The notes under the pieces: model-generated
Told to the model about the DNA's origin: nothing
The model's input: only the letters and a program-made list of their open reading frames with translations
Databases searched by the model: none
In this document: piece after piece, positions 50,286 through 61,951 of the stretch
Numbering within the stretch: the stretch's first letter is position 1
Layout of the letters: every line of letters begins with the position of its first letter
Origin: Lepidodermella squamata
Taxonomy: Eukaryota > Animalia > Gastrotricha
Assembly: GCA_047495785.1 (NCBI GenBank)
Contig: JBLDXI010000001.1
Span: 248,001-312,000 of the forward strand
Direction of reading: 5' to 3'
DNA: 64,000 nucleotides
Program-made: the position numbers and the translations under genes

Positions 50286-51385
50286 TCAGACAACAGCAAC
50301 ACGGCGGCTCCCGACGTTTTGATATTCCGTTGTATAGGTTGCAGGTGCTAGGAAGTTTGATTGATCTCCGATTCCAGAGGGAAATTCACAATGACAGTCG
50401 ACATCAGAATAATAATTCTCTCTCATACGAGGATGTGTTGGCCATTTCATGTTCGACCGCACTTCCGTAGTCATTCCCCCGTGGGGAACCGAACGAGGGA
50501 CGTGGCGGACGGGACCGATCTTCGTACCCGTCGGGAATTCCATAGCATCACGCATCGGCTCTTGTTTATGCCTCTCTGTTGGTCGTTCGGTAATAGCAGC
50601 AAGTTGAGTACGAGGAGGGGCGCTCGCGGCACCAATTCCTCGAGCGAAATCTATCTCATCTGGCCGAAATGCTCGATGTGTTCGGTTAGTTTCCGTTACG
50701 TAGGGATTATTTAAATTTAGAACATCCCCATTTCGAATGTAAAATTGGGATCCATCAAGAGCGGGGGCGCCACTTTTCCCTGCTCCTTCTCGATGTTGGT
50801 CTAGGAATTTGAAAGAAGCCAAGTAGTCAATGTTGCTGTTTCCATCTGTGACAATTGGAGTGCGAAACTTGTCGTGAGTCTCGGATACTCTGTTTGCAAA
50901 TGTTAGCGGTCTTCGGAAGTTGCCTAAAAGAAATAAAACAGCAATAACATACCCTGAAAATGTCATATTTACTTACTCCCATTCAACTTTTCAACAAAGT
51001 CTTTGATATAATGCACTTTGTAGTGAGCCTGAGGTTTCCCATGTATTCCATGGCTGTTTCCGTATTCACTAGATTCCGGGTTAGGAAACTTGTTGTCGAA
51101 AGAAGCTTTATAGCTTGACTCGAAAGGAGATGGTAGAGAACAGTCGGGTTGGCTCAAAAGCGGTGGCAGCTTGCGGTAGAAAGGTGCCTAAGCGCATGAA
51201 AAGATGTGTAAATATGAAGTTAAGACGTATGTAAATTAGTTTATTGCCTGAGAATCACTTGAATCCGGAAACCAATAGCCCGGCCGCCAATGATGACCAA
51301 CACCATAGCTTGTCTTGAATTGATCGTCAGTTTTCTTATCTTCCGAAATGACAAAGCCGAGCGGACCCTTTCTTGGATCTGACAT
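50286..51385 (-). CDS. Axonemal microtubule inner protein-like (SAXO3-like); 3 exons
   Basis: Short repeats (FKTSY, FESSYKASF, YVTETNRTHRAF, YTTEYQNVGS) and segments IKDFVEKL..FRRPL and VPHGG resemble SAXO3-type proteins as recalled; not verified. Confidence 0.5.
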
Positions 51386-51655
51386 GTCTGCTACGCTTCC
51401 AAGAGTAAGCTTATACGCCAATTGTCGATTGATCATACGCTACTGAGCCGTTCAAAGGCCGAGCAAAAGATGTTGCTATGGCAATAAGTTACTAAGCAAA
51501 AATGTTTGCTCAAAATATAATGCTTATTTTATTTATAAATGTTAATTTTATTATATTAATCTAATGTGTGAAAAACATTGGCGGTATTTATAAAAATGTT
51601 TTGCGCATCGAACCGAACCATCGGACAGCAGCGACTTTTTGACTTAAATCACTTG

Positions 51656-52081
51656 TGTAGGAAACCTGGTCACTTTTGTAGGAAAGCAAGCTGGCAGGTG
51701 TAGGAAACGGAGCCTATTCATCGGAACATAACAGAATGAGCACAGAAACAGCTGTTTTTGCTTTGCAGAAACAGCTGAGTCTAGATGATTCGATTATCTT
51801 CATTGCAAATCAATAACATCAGCAATCGGGGATGAAGATAGGAAAATGACAATCATAGTTGTTCTACGGTTTTGCTGATTTGCGACGTAGATCCCCTCTC
51901 CTTTTTTGTGCAAGCCTTATTAGTGTCTTCTTGCTTTACGAAAGACGGTTCATCCATCTCCATAGCGCATCTTTCTTCCAATTGTCACTTTGAAGTGAGT
52001 TTCGGCTGCTTAAACTATGGTTTCGCGCCTTTCCTACAAACCCTGGCCTGCTTTCCTACAAAACGATCCCGGTTTCCTACA
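51656..52081. mobile_element. Foldback/MITE-like element bounded by mirrored triplets of TGTAGGAAA
   Basis: TGTAGGAAA at 51656, 51677 and 51699; its reverse complement TTTCCTACA at 52030, 52052 and 52073. Spacing is mirrored (21/22 vs 22/21). No TSD was identified. Confidence 0.5.
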
Positions 52082-52774
52082 GAACGAACGTCAGCCGACT
52101 TTTTTCTTTTTGGTTGAAATAAGAGTCATGTCCGTTCTTGTCGATTGCATTGTGGTGCTCAAACCGCAGTCAACGCCAAACGAGGCGTGCTGGAGATGCG
52201 GTGATTACGAGCCATCGACATGGTGATTTTATTGTGAAGACAGTCTGTCTCGATAATGATGAGCAAATCATTCACATGATATGATCGCGAGTTCAGAGTT
52301 CAGCAAACTTTTGTTGCGCCAGTCTTATAGCGTTGTTTGGAATGAACGGGAGAAAATACAGAGCTACACAGTTGCCTTTTAAATAAGAAATAAGCTTCGC
52401 TTCGCTGCTTTAACGTGTTTTATTTTCTTTAAAACCATGGCTTTATCCGTGTGTCGGCTGTGTTGTGTGTTGTATTCGGGGCATCTAGTTTGTAGAAGTA
52501 TGCAATATTTTTCGCGATTAAATAATTTTCACAAATTTCGCGAGCGCATTTGGGCATAGCTTCCGTCAAAATGAGCCCCTTAGCTCGTTTGAGCGCGATT
52601 TGAAAAAGCCGATACAGAAAAATTGCTTCATTGAGCAAGCCAGTACGTAAACTATCCTTAATAATGATTCAATTCTTTACTGGTAAATGTACCCTGATGT
52701 AACAAATCATATATCACAAGAACAAGTCGAATTACAATGTCGCTTTATCTTCTTATAATACCTAGTTTTTGCTG

Positions 52775-55441
52775 ATGAGTTCAATAACTAGCCTATTTCT
52801 GCAATGCATCGGTTGCATGTTCCTGTTTGCCTTTTCCTCTCTATATGTTCAAGCTCCAGGTTCGTGAATGTGAAATTTGTTGCTTTTTGCTGAAGTTTAC
52901 ATTTGTAAGGACTCTATGGTGACAATGGAATCTTACCGGCTCGCTTAGTAATTAAGCCTGGTAACTGGAAGGTTTCAATGGCAGCAGCTCTAAATTTTAA
53001 TCAATTATATTTCAGCCGCGTTAACGGTTGGAGATTTTCTTCAGCAACCTTCACTTGTTAGATTTTCAGAAAAGATCGGCCTGTCTGTGGAATCTGGGAT
53101 TGATCTGTGCTGTTTGTTGGGCATTTCGATTTCATCATTGACGTTTCTATTTTCGAATTTTCGGACATCTTTTTCTTACGCTCTTCTGTTCTTCCTATAT
53201 CTGTCCGTCTATGAGGTAATCTGGCTACCAAATACCGGCATCAATTGATTCAATTTTCGTTACAGATTGGTCAAACGTTCTTGTGGTTTCAATGGTATAT
53301 GGCGATTACAATAAATCAATTATTTTAATACAAGTTTTCAGGGACATATTGCTTCTCGAAGTCGGATTTCTATCCATATTCATTGCTGAAGTCGGCTTGG
53401 TGAAACCTTATTTGACATTGCCGTACTTTCCCCGCGACCCTATCGGATTAGTGCTTGTACGATGGCTACTATTCCGGCTAATGTTTTCTTCTGGGGTAGT
53501 CAAACTCATGTCGAAATGCCCGACATGGTGGGGCCTTACAGCTCTCAACTATCACTACGAGAGCCAGTGCATCCCAACACCTTTAGCATGGTTCGCCCAC
53601 CAGTTACCTGATTGGTTCCAGAAGTTTTCCGTGGCATCGACGTTTTGGATTCAATTGCCCATGACATTTTTGTTTTTCTCACCTTGGACTTCTCATGTGT
53701 ATTTGACTTTATACGGACAGGTTGGAATTTTTCGAGAGGCGGCATGCAACTTTTTACCCCATTCTATGCAGGTTTTCCTTCAATTTCTGATATTACTGAC
53801 GGGAAACTACAACTTTTTCAATCTCACAACTTTGGCCCTTTGTGTAGCGTTGTGGGATGGAGGAAAAATCTATCACAAATTCCTAAGTAAGTTATCATAA
53901 AAGTATTTGCTCAATAATTTAATAAGCATTTCACAAAGACTTGGCCTTACCGAGCTTTCTACGGATAAAGCCATTCCGCATTCTAGTAAACGTTTCTGGA
54001 TCGATAGCAGGAGTAGTGGCTATTTTGTGGATTGGAAATGTATACTTTTCAATGTGGTTCGAAAGTACCATGCCCCCTAAAATACACAGCAAAATCGGCA
54101 AGTTCTTTCGCCTAGATTGATATAAGATTATTAATATTATGGTTTAGCATTCTCTGAGGCTGATTTAGACACGTTTATCGCGAAAGCAGTACCAATGTCG
54201 ATTTTTTTGGCTGGATCAATGTTGATAATTGCAATTATCAATTGTGTTGCGAAGTTAATAACTATTTACCTCAATTGTACCTGCTTATTTGAGCTTATTT
54301 TTAGAGCGGCGCTGGGCAAAGGCACGTCTTTTTTAACTCGAATTTATCGAGTTTCAGCAGTGACTATTTATTCGGCGTTGGCTCTTTCCTTATTCGCTGT
54401 TGCATGCGTAACCAGTTGAACATAGTCATCCGATTCGTTGTAATTTCCTGTTTGCTTAAAGATTCCATACTGCCGCGGACTCAGTCGCCCGTTGCCGAAA
54501 ATGCTCTCAGATAATGGCGCAGCTAAGCTTCACCAAGACATCACTGGAAAATGGAACCTTCCTATCACCAGTTCTTACGGCTTATTCCGCAGGTTTCGCA
54601 TTAATGGGTAATAAATGTCACGCAAGATATGTTCCTATTTCAGAATGACGGGTGTTGGTGGCCGACCGGAAATCGTTATCGAGGGAAGTTTATCAGAGAG
54701 TGGACCTTGGATTCCCTATGAATTTTTATATAAACCCGGGAATCTTTCAGTCGCGCCTCCTTTTGTCGGTAAGATGGCCATTAAATTATAACTTTATTGC
54801 TAACCATCTACTCTTGAACAATTCAGCTCCGCATCAGCCGCGTTTGGGTGAGAACATTTGGCAACATTCGTGAATCAATCAAATTTGGTTCGGAACTTTA
54901 GATTGGCAAATGTGGTTTGCCGCTCTTTCCTCCGTCGAACACGAGCCGTGGTTTGTGAGCCTGTGTGAACGACTGGTATCTGGGGAGCCAGCAGTTCTGC
55001 AGCTGATTTCGAAAGCTCCAACTTTCAATGGGAAGCCGCCCAACTTTATTCGAGCTGTTTTGTACCATTATCATTTCACCAGTGATTTTAACGGGTAATA
55101 TGAAGAAAACAGGGTAGACGAATTATCATTCTTTTGGAATTGTTCCTAGGAAAAATTGGTGGAAACGCCAGTTCAAATCCGAGTACATGTACGCGCTTTC
55201 AGCGGAAGACTTGCGTCGGCATGTTTCGAAAATGCGCGTATCGAAGAAGCCAATTAAAATAACAACTCTTGGACATGCAGTAAAGGTAAACCGTCGTGTT
55301 CTGGAAATTGAAGTTTGTAGACATTCAGCTCCGTTTTAGGTGATTCGTGACGTCATTGGTCAGCCGGAAGGATTTTGGTTTATATGCACCACGTTTGCTG
55401 GTTTAGCTGCGACTCGATTTTTTCTGTCACGACGGAGATGA
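52775..55441 (+). CDS. LMF2: Lipase maturation factor 2; many short exons
   Basis: [112 protein letters not shown] and [16 protein letters not shown]. Confidence 0.93.
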
Positions 55442-56098
55442 ATTCTATGTCAAAATGTAACCAGAAAATAGCATTGACTGCTGATGACTGCCGGTCTTTC
55501 TTTTTCTGTTTATTTGTCGTTATTTTAAGTTGAGATGGCGCAGTGCGCATACAGTGCAAATACTATTTGAGAAATGAACGATCAAAATTGAGCGTGTGGC
55601 TTAGATAACTCCGGTTGGGTTTTTTTTGATACATTTGTATGGGCAGTATCCTGCTGCTGAGGCGTGTATATCGACAAATCATAAAAATCAGCTGATTATG
55701 CGGGGGAGTGAAAGCTTAAAGCTTGCTCACAGACAGCCCTCCGTGATATCGATCATGGTAATTGTTTTAACAAGCATCGGCATATAGCCTCAAATTTATG
55801 ATCATTCGATTCATCAGCGTCATAATTTCGCAAAACCGCGGCGAGCTGCCGGCAAAGAGAAAGAGGGAGAAAGACAAGCGCTAGTTATGCAAATTGGTTA
55901 CCAGCGCTACTTAGTGTGGATCTCACAGTATTGGCGATAAGCAATACGGCCAATGCAAACACTCGCAGTACCGCGCAGCAGTTGCCATCTTGAAAAAACT
56001 AGTAAACTGTTGGGCGGCTCAGTTTAGCAGCTATTATCGTTGAATTGCACTGATTTGCAATTTAGCCATCAACTAGCTGATATCCTCACCTTCGTGAA

Positions 56099-56998
56099 AT
56101 GGAAACAGCCTCGAATGATTCATCGAGACTTTATCCTCGCTTTTTTCATGAACCACCTCCGCCGACATTCAACTGGTCTACTGTTGGTGCATTCGAGAAA
56201 TTTGTCACCACCACTTTTCCGAGTGACTCGGTAAAAAATGACTCCAGCTTCGGATTTCAATCTTCATTCCTGGTGTTGGAAAAAAAGTGGAGCCAACTCG
56301 GCACCTTGCAAGTTTCTGTCTTGGCGATCGTTCTCGGTGGTTGGCTTTTCGCTGGGCTGTTCATACTAGGGAATTATATATGGACACGTTATTGGATTAG
56401 GTGGCAGCGAAGTAGACATCGAGAAAGTGAAGCCAAAACGCCATGGTGGGATTGCATTTTCAGTACATTCGAAAGCTGGCGTGTTCTTTACTACCGTCCC
56501 TTAATGAAACAAGTCAGCCGGGAACGGACATCCAGTCATCGCATGTCATATTACACTAACAGCAGTCGATGCAGTACCCGAATGAATTCTGTGACGCGTC
56601 TCAGTGAAACCTCAGATTTCGGCAGTTCTGTAACGCTGATTAGTGCGAAAGCACGCTCACCTGCAAACTCAACAGCATCATTGGATCGTGTTTACACCAG
56701 TGAAACTAGCCACCTTAATCCTAATAGCTACAGAAATGCCCCGGTGCGGCCGCGTGTCTCAAGTCGAAGTCAACTCATTATTCCAGCCTCAAAAGCACCC
56801 ACTGAAGACAGCACACGAATGAACAGACGAGTCAAGGCATTGAGCTGCATGCCTGACATTCATGGACCAGCTCAAGCAGAAGTAGCGCACCATCCTCCCA
56901 GCAATCCGACTCGGCAACTGAGTATGTCAGCTCACAGTCTAATATCGCAAGCTAGTTCTCTTCCGATTATAGCTGAAGAGCAGGAAATTCACCTATGA
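56099..56998 (+). CDS. Unknown single-pass membrane protein (299 aa, intronless ORF, Ser/Arg-rich tail)
   Basis: Open 900-nt ORF with one hydrophobic segment (LQVSVLAIVLGGWLFAGLFILGNYIW) followed by basic residues; AATAAA at about 57056. Confidence 0.6.
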   Translation: METASNDSSRLYPRFFHEPPPPTFNWSTVGAFEKFVTTTFPSDSVKNDSSFGFQSSFLVLEKKWSQLGTLQVSVLAIVLGGWLFAGLFILGNYIWTRYWIRWQRSRHRESEAKTPWWDCIFSTFESWRVLYYRPLMKQVSRERTSSHRMSYYTNSSRCSTRMNSVTRLSETSDFGSSVTLISAKARSPANSTASLDRVYTSETSHLNPNSYRNAPVRPRVSSRSQLIIPASKAPTEDSTRMNRRVKALSCMPDIHGPAQAEVAHHPPSNPTRQLSMSAHSLISQASSLPIIAEEQEIHL

Positions 56999-57156
56999 CC
57001 TATGTGTACATAAATATCTTTCAAATATTCTTTTCAATTGCGAACGCTCTGAGGAATAAAATGTTAAATTCAAAATCTTATCATTGATTTATTTCAAAAT
57101 TAACACCGAATAAAAACAGCAGAACGAATCATAACACTTGAGGGCAGAAAGATTTG

Positions 57157-58541
57157 TTATAGTTTGGCGCTTCGCTCCTTCACTAGACGATCACACATTT
57201 CCTTGGCATCGGCAGGAGAGTCGCACTTGAAGAAATACTCGACCAAGCTCGGCTTGTTCTTGTCACCAGAAGCAAGTGGTGGATTTGGTAGACACAGCAG
57301 CCTCACAGATTGTTTTCCGTGTGTGTTCAGAGGCAGCTTTTCCGTAAGCATTACATTCAGCAAAACCGTTCGCAAAACGTTAGAAGCGCGAACTACGAGC
57401 TGTACTCCGGATTCAAGGCGCTTAACAAATAAGACGCCAGCGCCTTTCTCGTGAGTTTCTTTTTCTGTTGATTTAGAAGATACTGATTTAGTCAAGTGGC
57501 TCGGAAAAGCTGAAACAAACCTCCTAAAGGCCTGAAAAATAGTTGACATGGCTTCTGATAAACGGCTCCTTCTTCCTTGACCTCTACTGTCTCGGGTTCG
57601 GGTGGGACATCGTCATCGTCATCACCACCGCCTTCTTCGGCATCTTCGCCAGCCGTATTTGAAGCAGCATTGGCAGCTGAACCAAACGGCCCGCCAGTAA
57701 ATGAAAATGTAAAGCCAGGCTTGGGCACCTTCAAGTAAGTGAATGTTATTAGGTGACATCTTATAACCCGTTACAGACAATATACCTCCGTTGATGCTGC
57801 TGCACTGCTAGTGGTCGGCAAAGAGAAGGCAAACTTAGGGGGTGATACAGTAGTCAAGCCTGACGTTGTAACGGGCGCTGAAGATTCTGTTACAACAGGC
57901 TTCGAAGGAAAAATACTCATGAGAGGCAGCGTATTAGTGGTCGACTGGACTTCATTACTTGCTGGTTTCGAAGGGAATGGATTAATTAGCGGCAAAGAAT
58001 TGACATTTGAGCTGTTTGAAGTTGTCGATTGGCCCTCGTTGGGATTAGTTGGTTTGAAGCTGAATGCCAGAGGCAAAGGCGCCAACAATGACGTAGTGCC
58101 CGTGGCTCGGTGCAAAGCAGATGATCCGGATGCTAACGGGATAGAATTCTCCGAAAGGCTCGGTTTATTAAGTTGAGCTTGAAAATTGCTGTTAGTGATT
58201 ACAGGAGCCTTCACTTCTTCTTCGTTTTCCTCTTTGATTACAAGAGGAGCCGAGCCGTTGGCAAACTTTACACTTTTTGCAGGTGCATTGGAGAAATTTG
58301 ACTCGGCAGGACGCTTCAGCGCAAGATCATTCGAATTTTTTCCATAATATCGCGACTCGGTCTCTTCATAAAGGCGCACGTAATCTTTTAATGTCTGTCG
58401 ACAATCGGCAAATGGCGTCCTCTCCAATGTTGCGCGGACCGTCTTGAATAGGGTTTGATTTAGCTCCCGAATTTCGGCGAGAAATTCATCGCTGTATAAC
58501 CGTCCGTCTTTACCTTCAATAAGTGTAGTACTGTTCATCAT
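57157..58541 (-). CDS. NUP50: Nucleoporin Nup50-like (central helical segment, sparse FxF repeats, C-terminal Ran-binding domain); 3 exons
   Basis: LNQTLFKTVRATLERTPFADCRQTLKDY matches the Nup50 LN.S...W.......P..DL.PIF.DY segment. The RanBD reads VKEEGAVYQKPCQLFF...EKGAGVLFVK...QLVVRA....TVLLNV...LCLPNPPL. Confidence 0.85.
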
Positions 58542-59761
58542 TTTGAAATACCTAGAAAAAAGAAGTCAACATTTCGCGGTATGAATTGCTTAGATAAAGT
58601 GGACAGGCTTTGAATCGTTAAAATTTCAAATAGGTAGAAAACGAGACCGACATACATGAGACTTGATAAGCGATTCTTGTGCAACCTTTACCTTAACAAT
58701 CATTTAAAATGACGAAGGCTGGCGCATAATCATTATTGCGTAATACCCTACTAATTTTGACAAGAAGCGACTTGGTACCGAAATTGCATTATAGGTCTCA
58801 TGTGCAATGAGAAGACATTGCAGAAAACGGAATAATGAATAACTTAGCATTCAAACATTATTCACCGTCAACGTCAAATTAATTAAAAAATATTGGCCAA
58901 ACCTTCAAGACACATATATTTGCTGAGAGTTTTGACGCAGAAAAGATTGGATAGATCACAAGTCACAAGCAGACGGCAGACGCTATGAATTATGATGAGA
59001 AAAGGTAGAGAGGATATTTCGAAAACCTGTCTGTGGCCTACTGACCGTGCAGCTCTGCAGAATTATTGACAGCAATCGCTAAAAAGCAATGATATCAAAA
59101 GCTAAAATCCAATTCAGATCGTGGAAAACGAGAGTTCTATTCGGAAAAACACAACAAGCAGCATCTTGTCCAAAGAAAACTTGAGATGTTCTTCCCAAAG
59201 TGACTCTCTTCCCCAACAGTCAAATGAAGGACTACTGATGATGTCATGCAGGCGTGCAGCAGATTCAATGATTTATTCGCGACCGCTTGATCAAAAATGT
59301 CCTCCTTGTTTGATAACAGTCGGTCAGGTTCGGCAAAAAAACATTCAGCCTTAAAAATATCTCAGCTGATGATGACCTCAGCTGATCAAATCAAGAAGGC
59401 GGCAGAGACGCACACCTTGAAAACGACTACAGACTGCGATGGCATTGCTGAACGTGATCTGATAGCAGCAGTGGAGCTTAATGATTACCGAGCTTTTTTT
59501 ACTCACTTCTTCAACCTGATTTTGCGAATCAAATCCCTTCAGTGAAGTTGAAAATAGATAGCATGAAATTGAACGCGGTTCCATCGATTGAGTTACTTGG
59601 TTATTTTCTCTTCAACGATTCTGAGGTTCAACAGGAAAAACTTCCGGCGTCCGGCACCAGCTGAGTGATTTATGCCTCAATTCCAATGCACTGTGCTTTG
59701 TCAAGGTTTCACAGAGCTTCCGATGAAGCTGTCGTGGCAGCTAACGCGAGATTCAATGAGC

Positions 59762-59812
59762 CCATAACCCGTAGTAGATGGATGGATGGATGGATGGATG
59801 GACGGGTTATGG
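59762..59812. repeat. (GATG)n microsatellite enclosed by an 11-bp perfect inverted repeat
   Basis: CCATAACCCGT at 59762-59772 and ACGGGTTATGG at 59802-59812 surround about 6 GATG units. Confidence 0.7.
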
Positions 59813-60509
59813 ATTCGAAGCCCAGTCACCATTTCTGGTGGTATTCATGGACTGTGGGTTGAGAATGTCAGAGCAGCCCGATCATGACAGGTGATTGTTT
59901 TCACGGGTGCTATCGTTCTGAGCTTCAAAACAAATCTCATTTCGAGCGGCAAGGCGGAGAGCATAGGCAATACTGCGGCATTTCGCGGCAATAGCTTCGG
60001 CATGGATTTAAAAAATGATGCGGTAGTCGATGTTTAGTCCGAGAAGTATCAGTGTAGGTTGTAGCGAAGAGAAAACCTTTGACGATAACTTCAGGCAGTT
60101 CGTTGTAAATTTTTTAGCAATTTAGGCGCCAACAACATTATCTGTGTGCCAACAACGAGAGTGTTCTTCTCGTTCTCGTTCGGAGCCAGTTTGCTACACA
60201 GGTTAGCTGCGCCTTCGGGCTTCGCTCAAGGAAAAGAAGCAAAGAAGCAACCGCAAAATTTAATGCGGCAAATAAATATAAAAATATAGAACTCTAATCA
60301 ATGAGTATTCAAAAAATTTATTTTGCGATATAAAAAATATTAAGGTTCAAAAATTAATGAATTTTGGCGCGTGCAAGAGACGATCATATCTGTCAGCTGT
60401 TTTTAGTTGATCAGCTGTTGCGGTCATCATCGCTCGTCGCGTCATCTGTCCTTTGCTTCCTGAGTACCTTGTGCACCCTGTTGGATAATTTGTTCTGATT
60501 TTTGTAACC

Positions 60510-61116
60510 ATGGCCCCGAAACCTGACATTGGAGAAGAGAAAATTAGTAAGTATGCTGAATCTGATGTACTTAACTTCTAAGCCTTTCATTATTTAGTAT
60601 TTATCCGCGTGGTTGGCGGCGAAGTTGGTGCTGTCGCCTCGCTTGCCCCTAAAATTGGGCCGCTCGGCTTGGCTCCTAAAAAAGTGGGTGAAGACATTGC
60701 TAAAGCTACCACCGACTGGAAAGGTCTCCGCGTAACGGTCAAACTTGTCGTAAAAAATCGTCAGGCAGAGATTTCAGTGGTTCCCTCTGCTGCTTCAATG
60801 ATCATTAAAGCTCTGAAGGAGCCACCTCGTGATCGTAAGAAGGTGAAGAACATTAAACATTCCGGCGACATCCCATTCAATGAAATCATCAATATTGCTC
60901 GAAACTGCCGCGCACGTTCCATGGCTCGCCATCTTTCTGGCACTTTGAAAGAAGTCCTGGGAACTTGTCAGTCAGTTGGATGCACCGTCGATGGAAAACC
61001 GCCCCACGATGTCATTGATGGAGTCGATGCCGGGGATTATAATGTCCCTGATGTAAGTTTAATTGAGCTGCATTTTAATGAATAACATCTTGATGATTTG
61101 CTTAATTTAGTCTTGA
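60510..61116 (+). CDS. RPL12: 60S ribosomal protein L12 (uL11); 3 exons
   Basis: MAPK...|...[45 protein letters not shown]...[10 protein letters not shown]; the last micro-exon TCT TGA lies at 61111-61116. Confidence 0.97.
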
Positions 61117-61271
61117 AGTACCGCATCACCTGGATTCTGGATTCTATAAGTTACCGTCAGAGAGATGAATAAAGCAGAGCCCCTCATTGCAGCCGAATGG
61201 ATGAATAATATTATTGGTGTATTGATTAATTTAGGATTTTAATGATTGATACTTTTTGGGGTAGGTGTTAA

Positions 61272-61400
61272 AAACCATCCCCCACCCCACGGGGTGCAAC
61301 ACCGTTCGGGAAACCGAACGGTAAACTATGGCGAGACTTTTATTACTTGCTAATCTTCTCTTGGATTGCACGTGGGTGCACCGTGGATTGGGGGTTGTTT
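61272..61400. other. Structured intergenic element (GAAA-tetraloop hairpin inside an imperfect long-range stem); identity unknown
   Basis: ACCGTTCGG-GAAA-CCGAACGGT at 61301-61322. The flanks CCCCCACCCCACGGGGTGCA and TGCACCGTGGATTGGGGG are partly complementary. Confidence 0.35.
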
Positions 61401-61425
61401 GCTGATCGGTACGTTGTCATTTAGG

Positions 61426-61759
61426 ATGTTTTTTACGAGGTTTTGTTTGTCGAGTGGCCACGCACCCTTCTTGGCTCGCACGGTGTTAGTTAAAAATAAT
61501 GACGTCGAACCAGCCTATCGGTTGCTTGATCGGTTTGTGGGATTGCTCTGACATTTCAATTTTTTCTAAGTCCTTTTTCAGTGTCTTGCGTCAAGAGGGT
61601 ATATTCGAACGGTATCGGCGTGAACAGTATTACGAAAAGCCGTGCAAGCAGCGCCGCCGTGCCAGCTTTGAAATAGCGACTCGAGTCTACAATTCTGAGA
61701 TGCAGCGAAAAATTCAATGGGTGCTTAGAAAAAATCGTACTGATCCCCATCCTTGGTAA
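61426..61759 (+). CDS. MRPS21: Mitochondrial ribosomal protein S21; 2 exons
   Basis: HAPFLARTVLVKNNDVEPAYRLLD|..LRQEGIFERYRREQYYEKPCKQRRR..FE....YN.EM.RKI......R.DP. Confidence 0.92.
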
Positions 61760-61951
61760 ACGCGAATCTTAGTTTCTCCAAACCCCGATTTGCTTTGTCG
61801 ACTTTTTTTCTAAATAAATGTAATGAGTCCACGCGGTCCTTCGCGAATCGTCTCTATTCATCAATCGCAACCTGTGACTCGTCACCATCTTTAGTGTCGC
61901 CCTTTTGAATCTATTATCTTTTTATCGCTGTTCTGAGATATTTTATTTAAC

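Noticed and set aside
51656-51707. CRISPR-like repeat-spacer pattern
   Set aside because: The repeats are only 9 bp with ~12-bp spacers, the context is eukaryotic, and there are no cas genes.
58900-60100. Short ORFs between NUP50 and RPL12
   Set aside because: No coherent spliced frame or homology was recognisable by eye.
61053-61110. Intronic snoRNA in RPL12 (TGATGA present)
   Set aside because: The intron is only about 58 nt and has no downstream CTGA box D.
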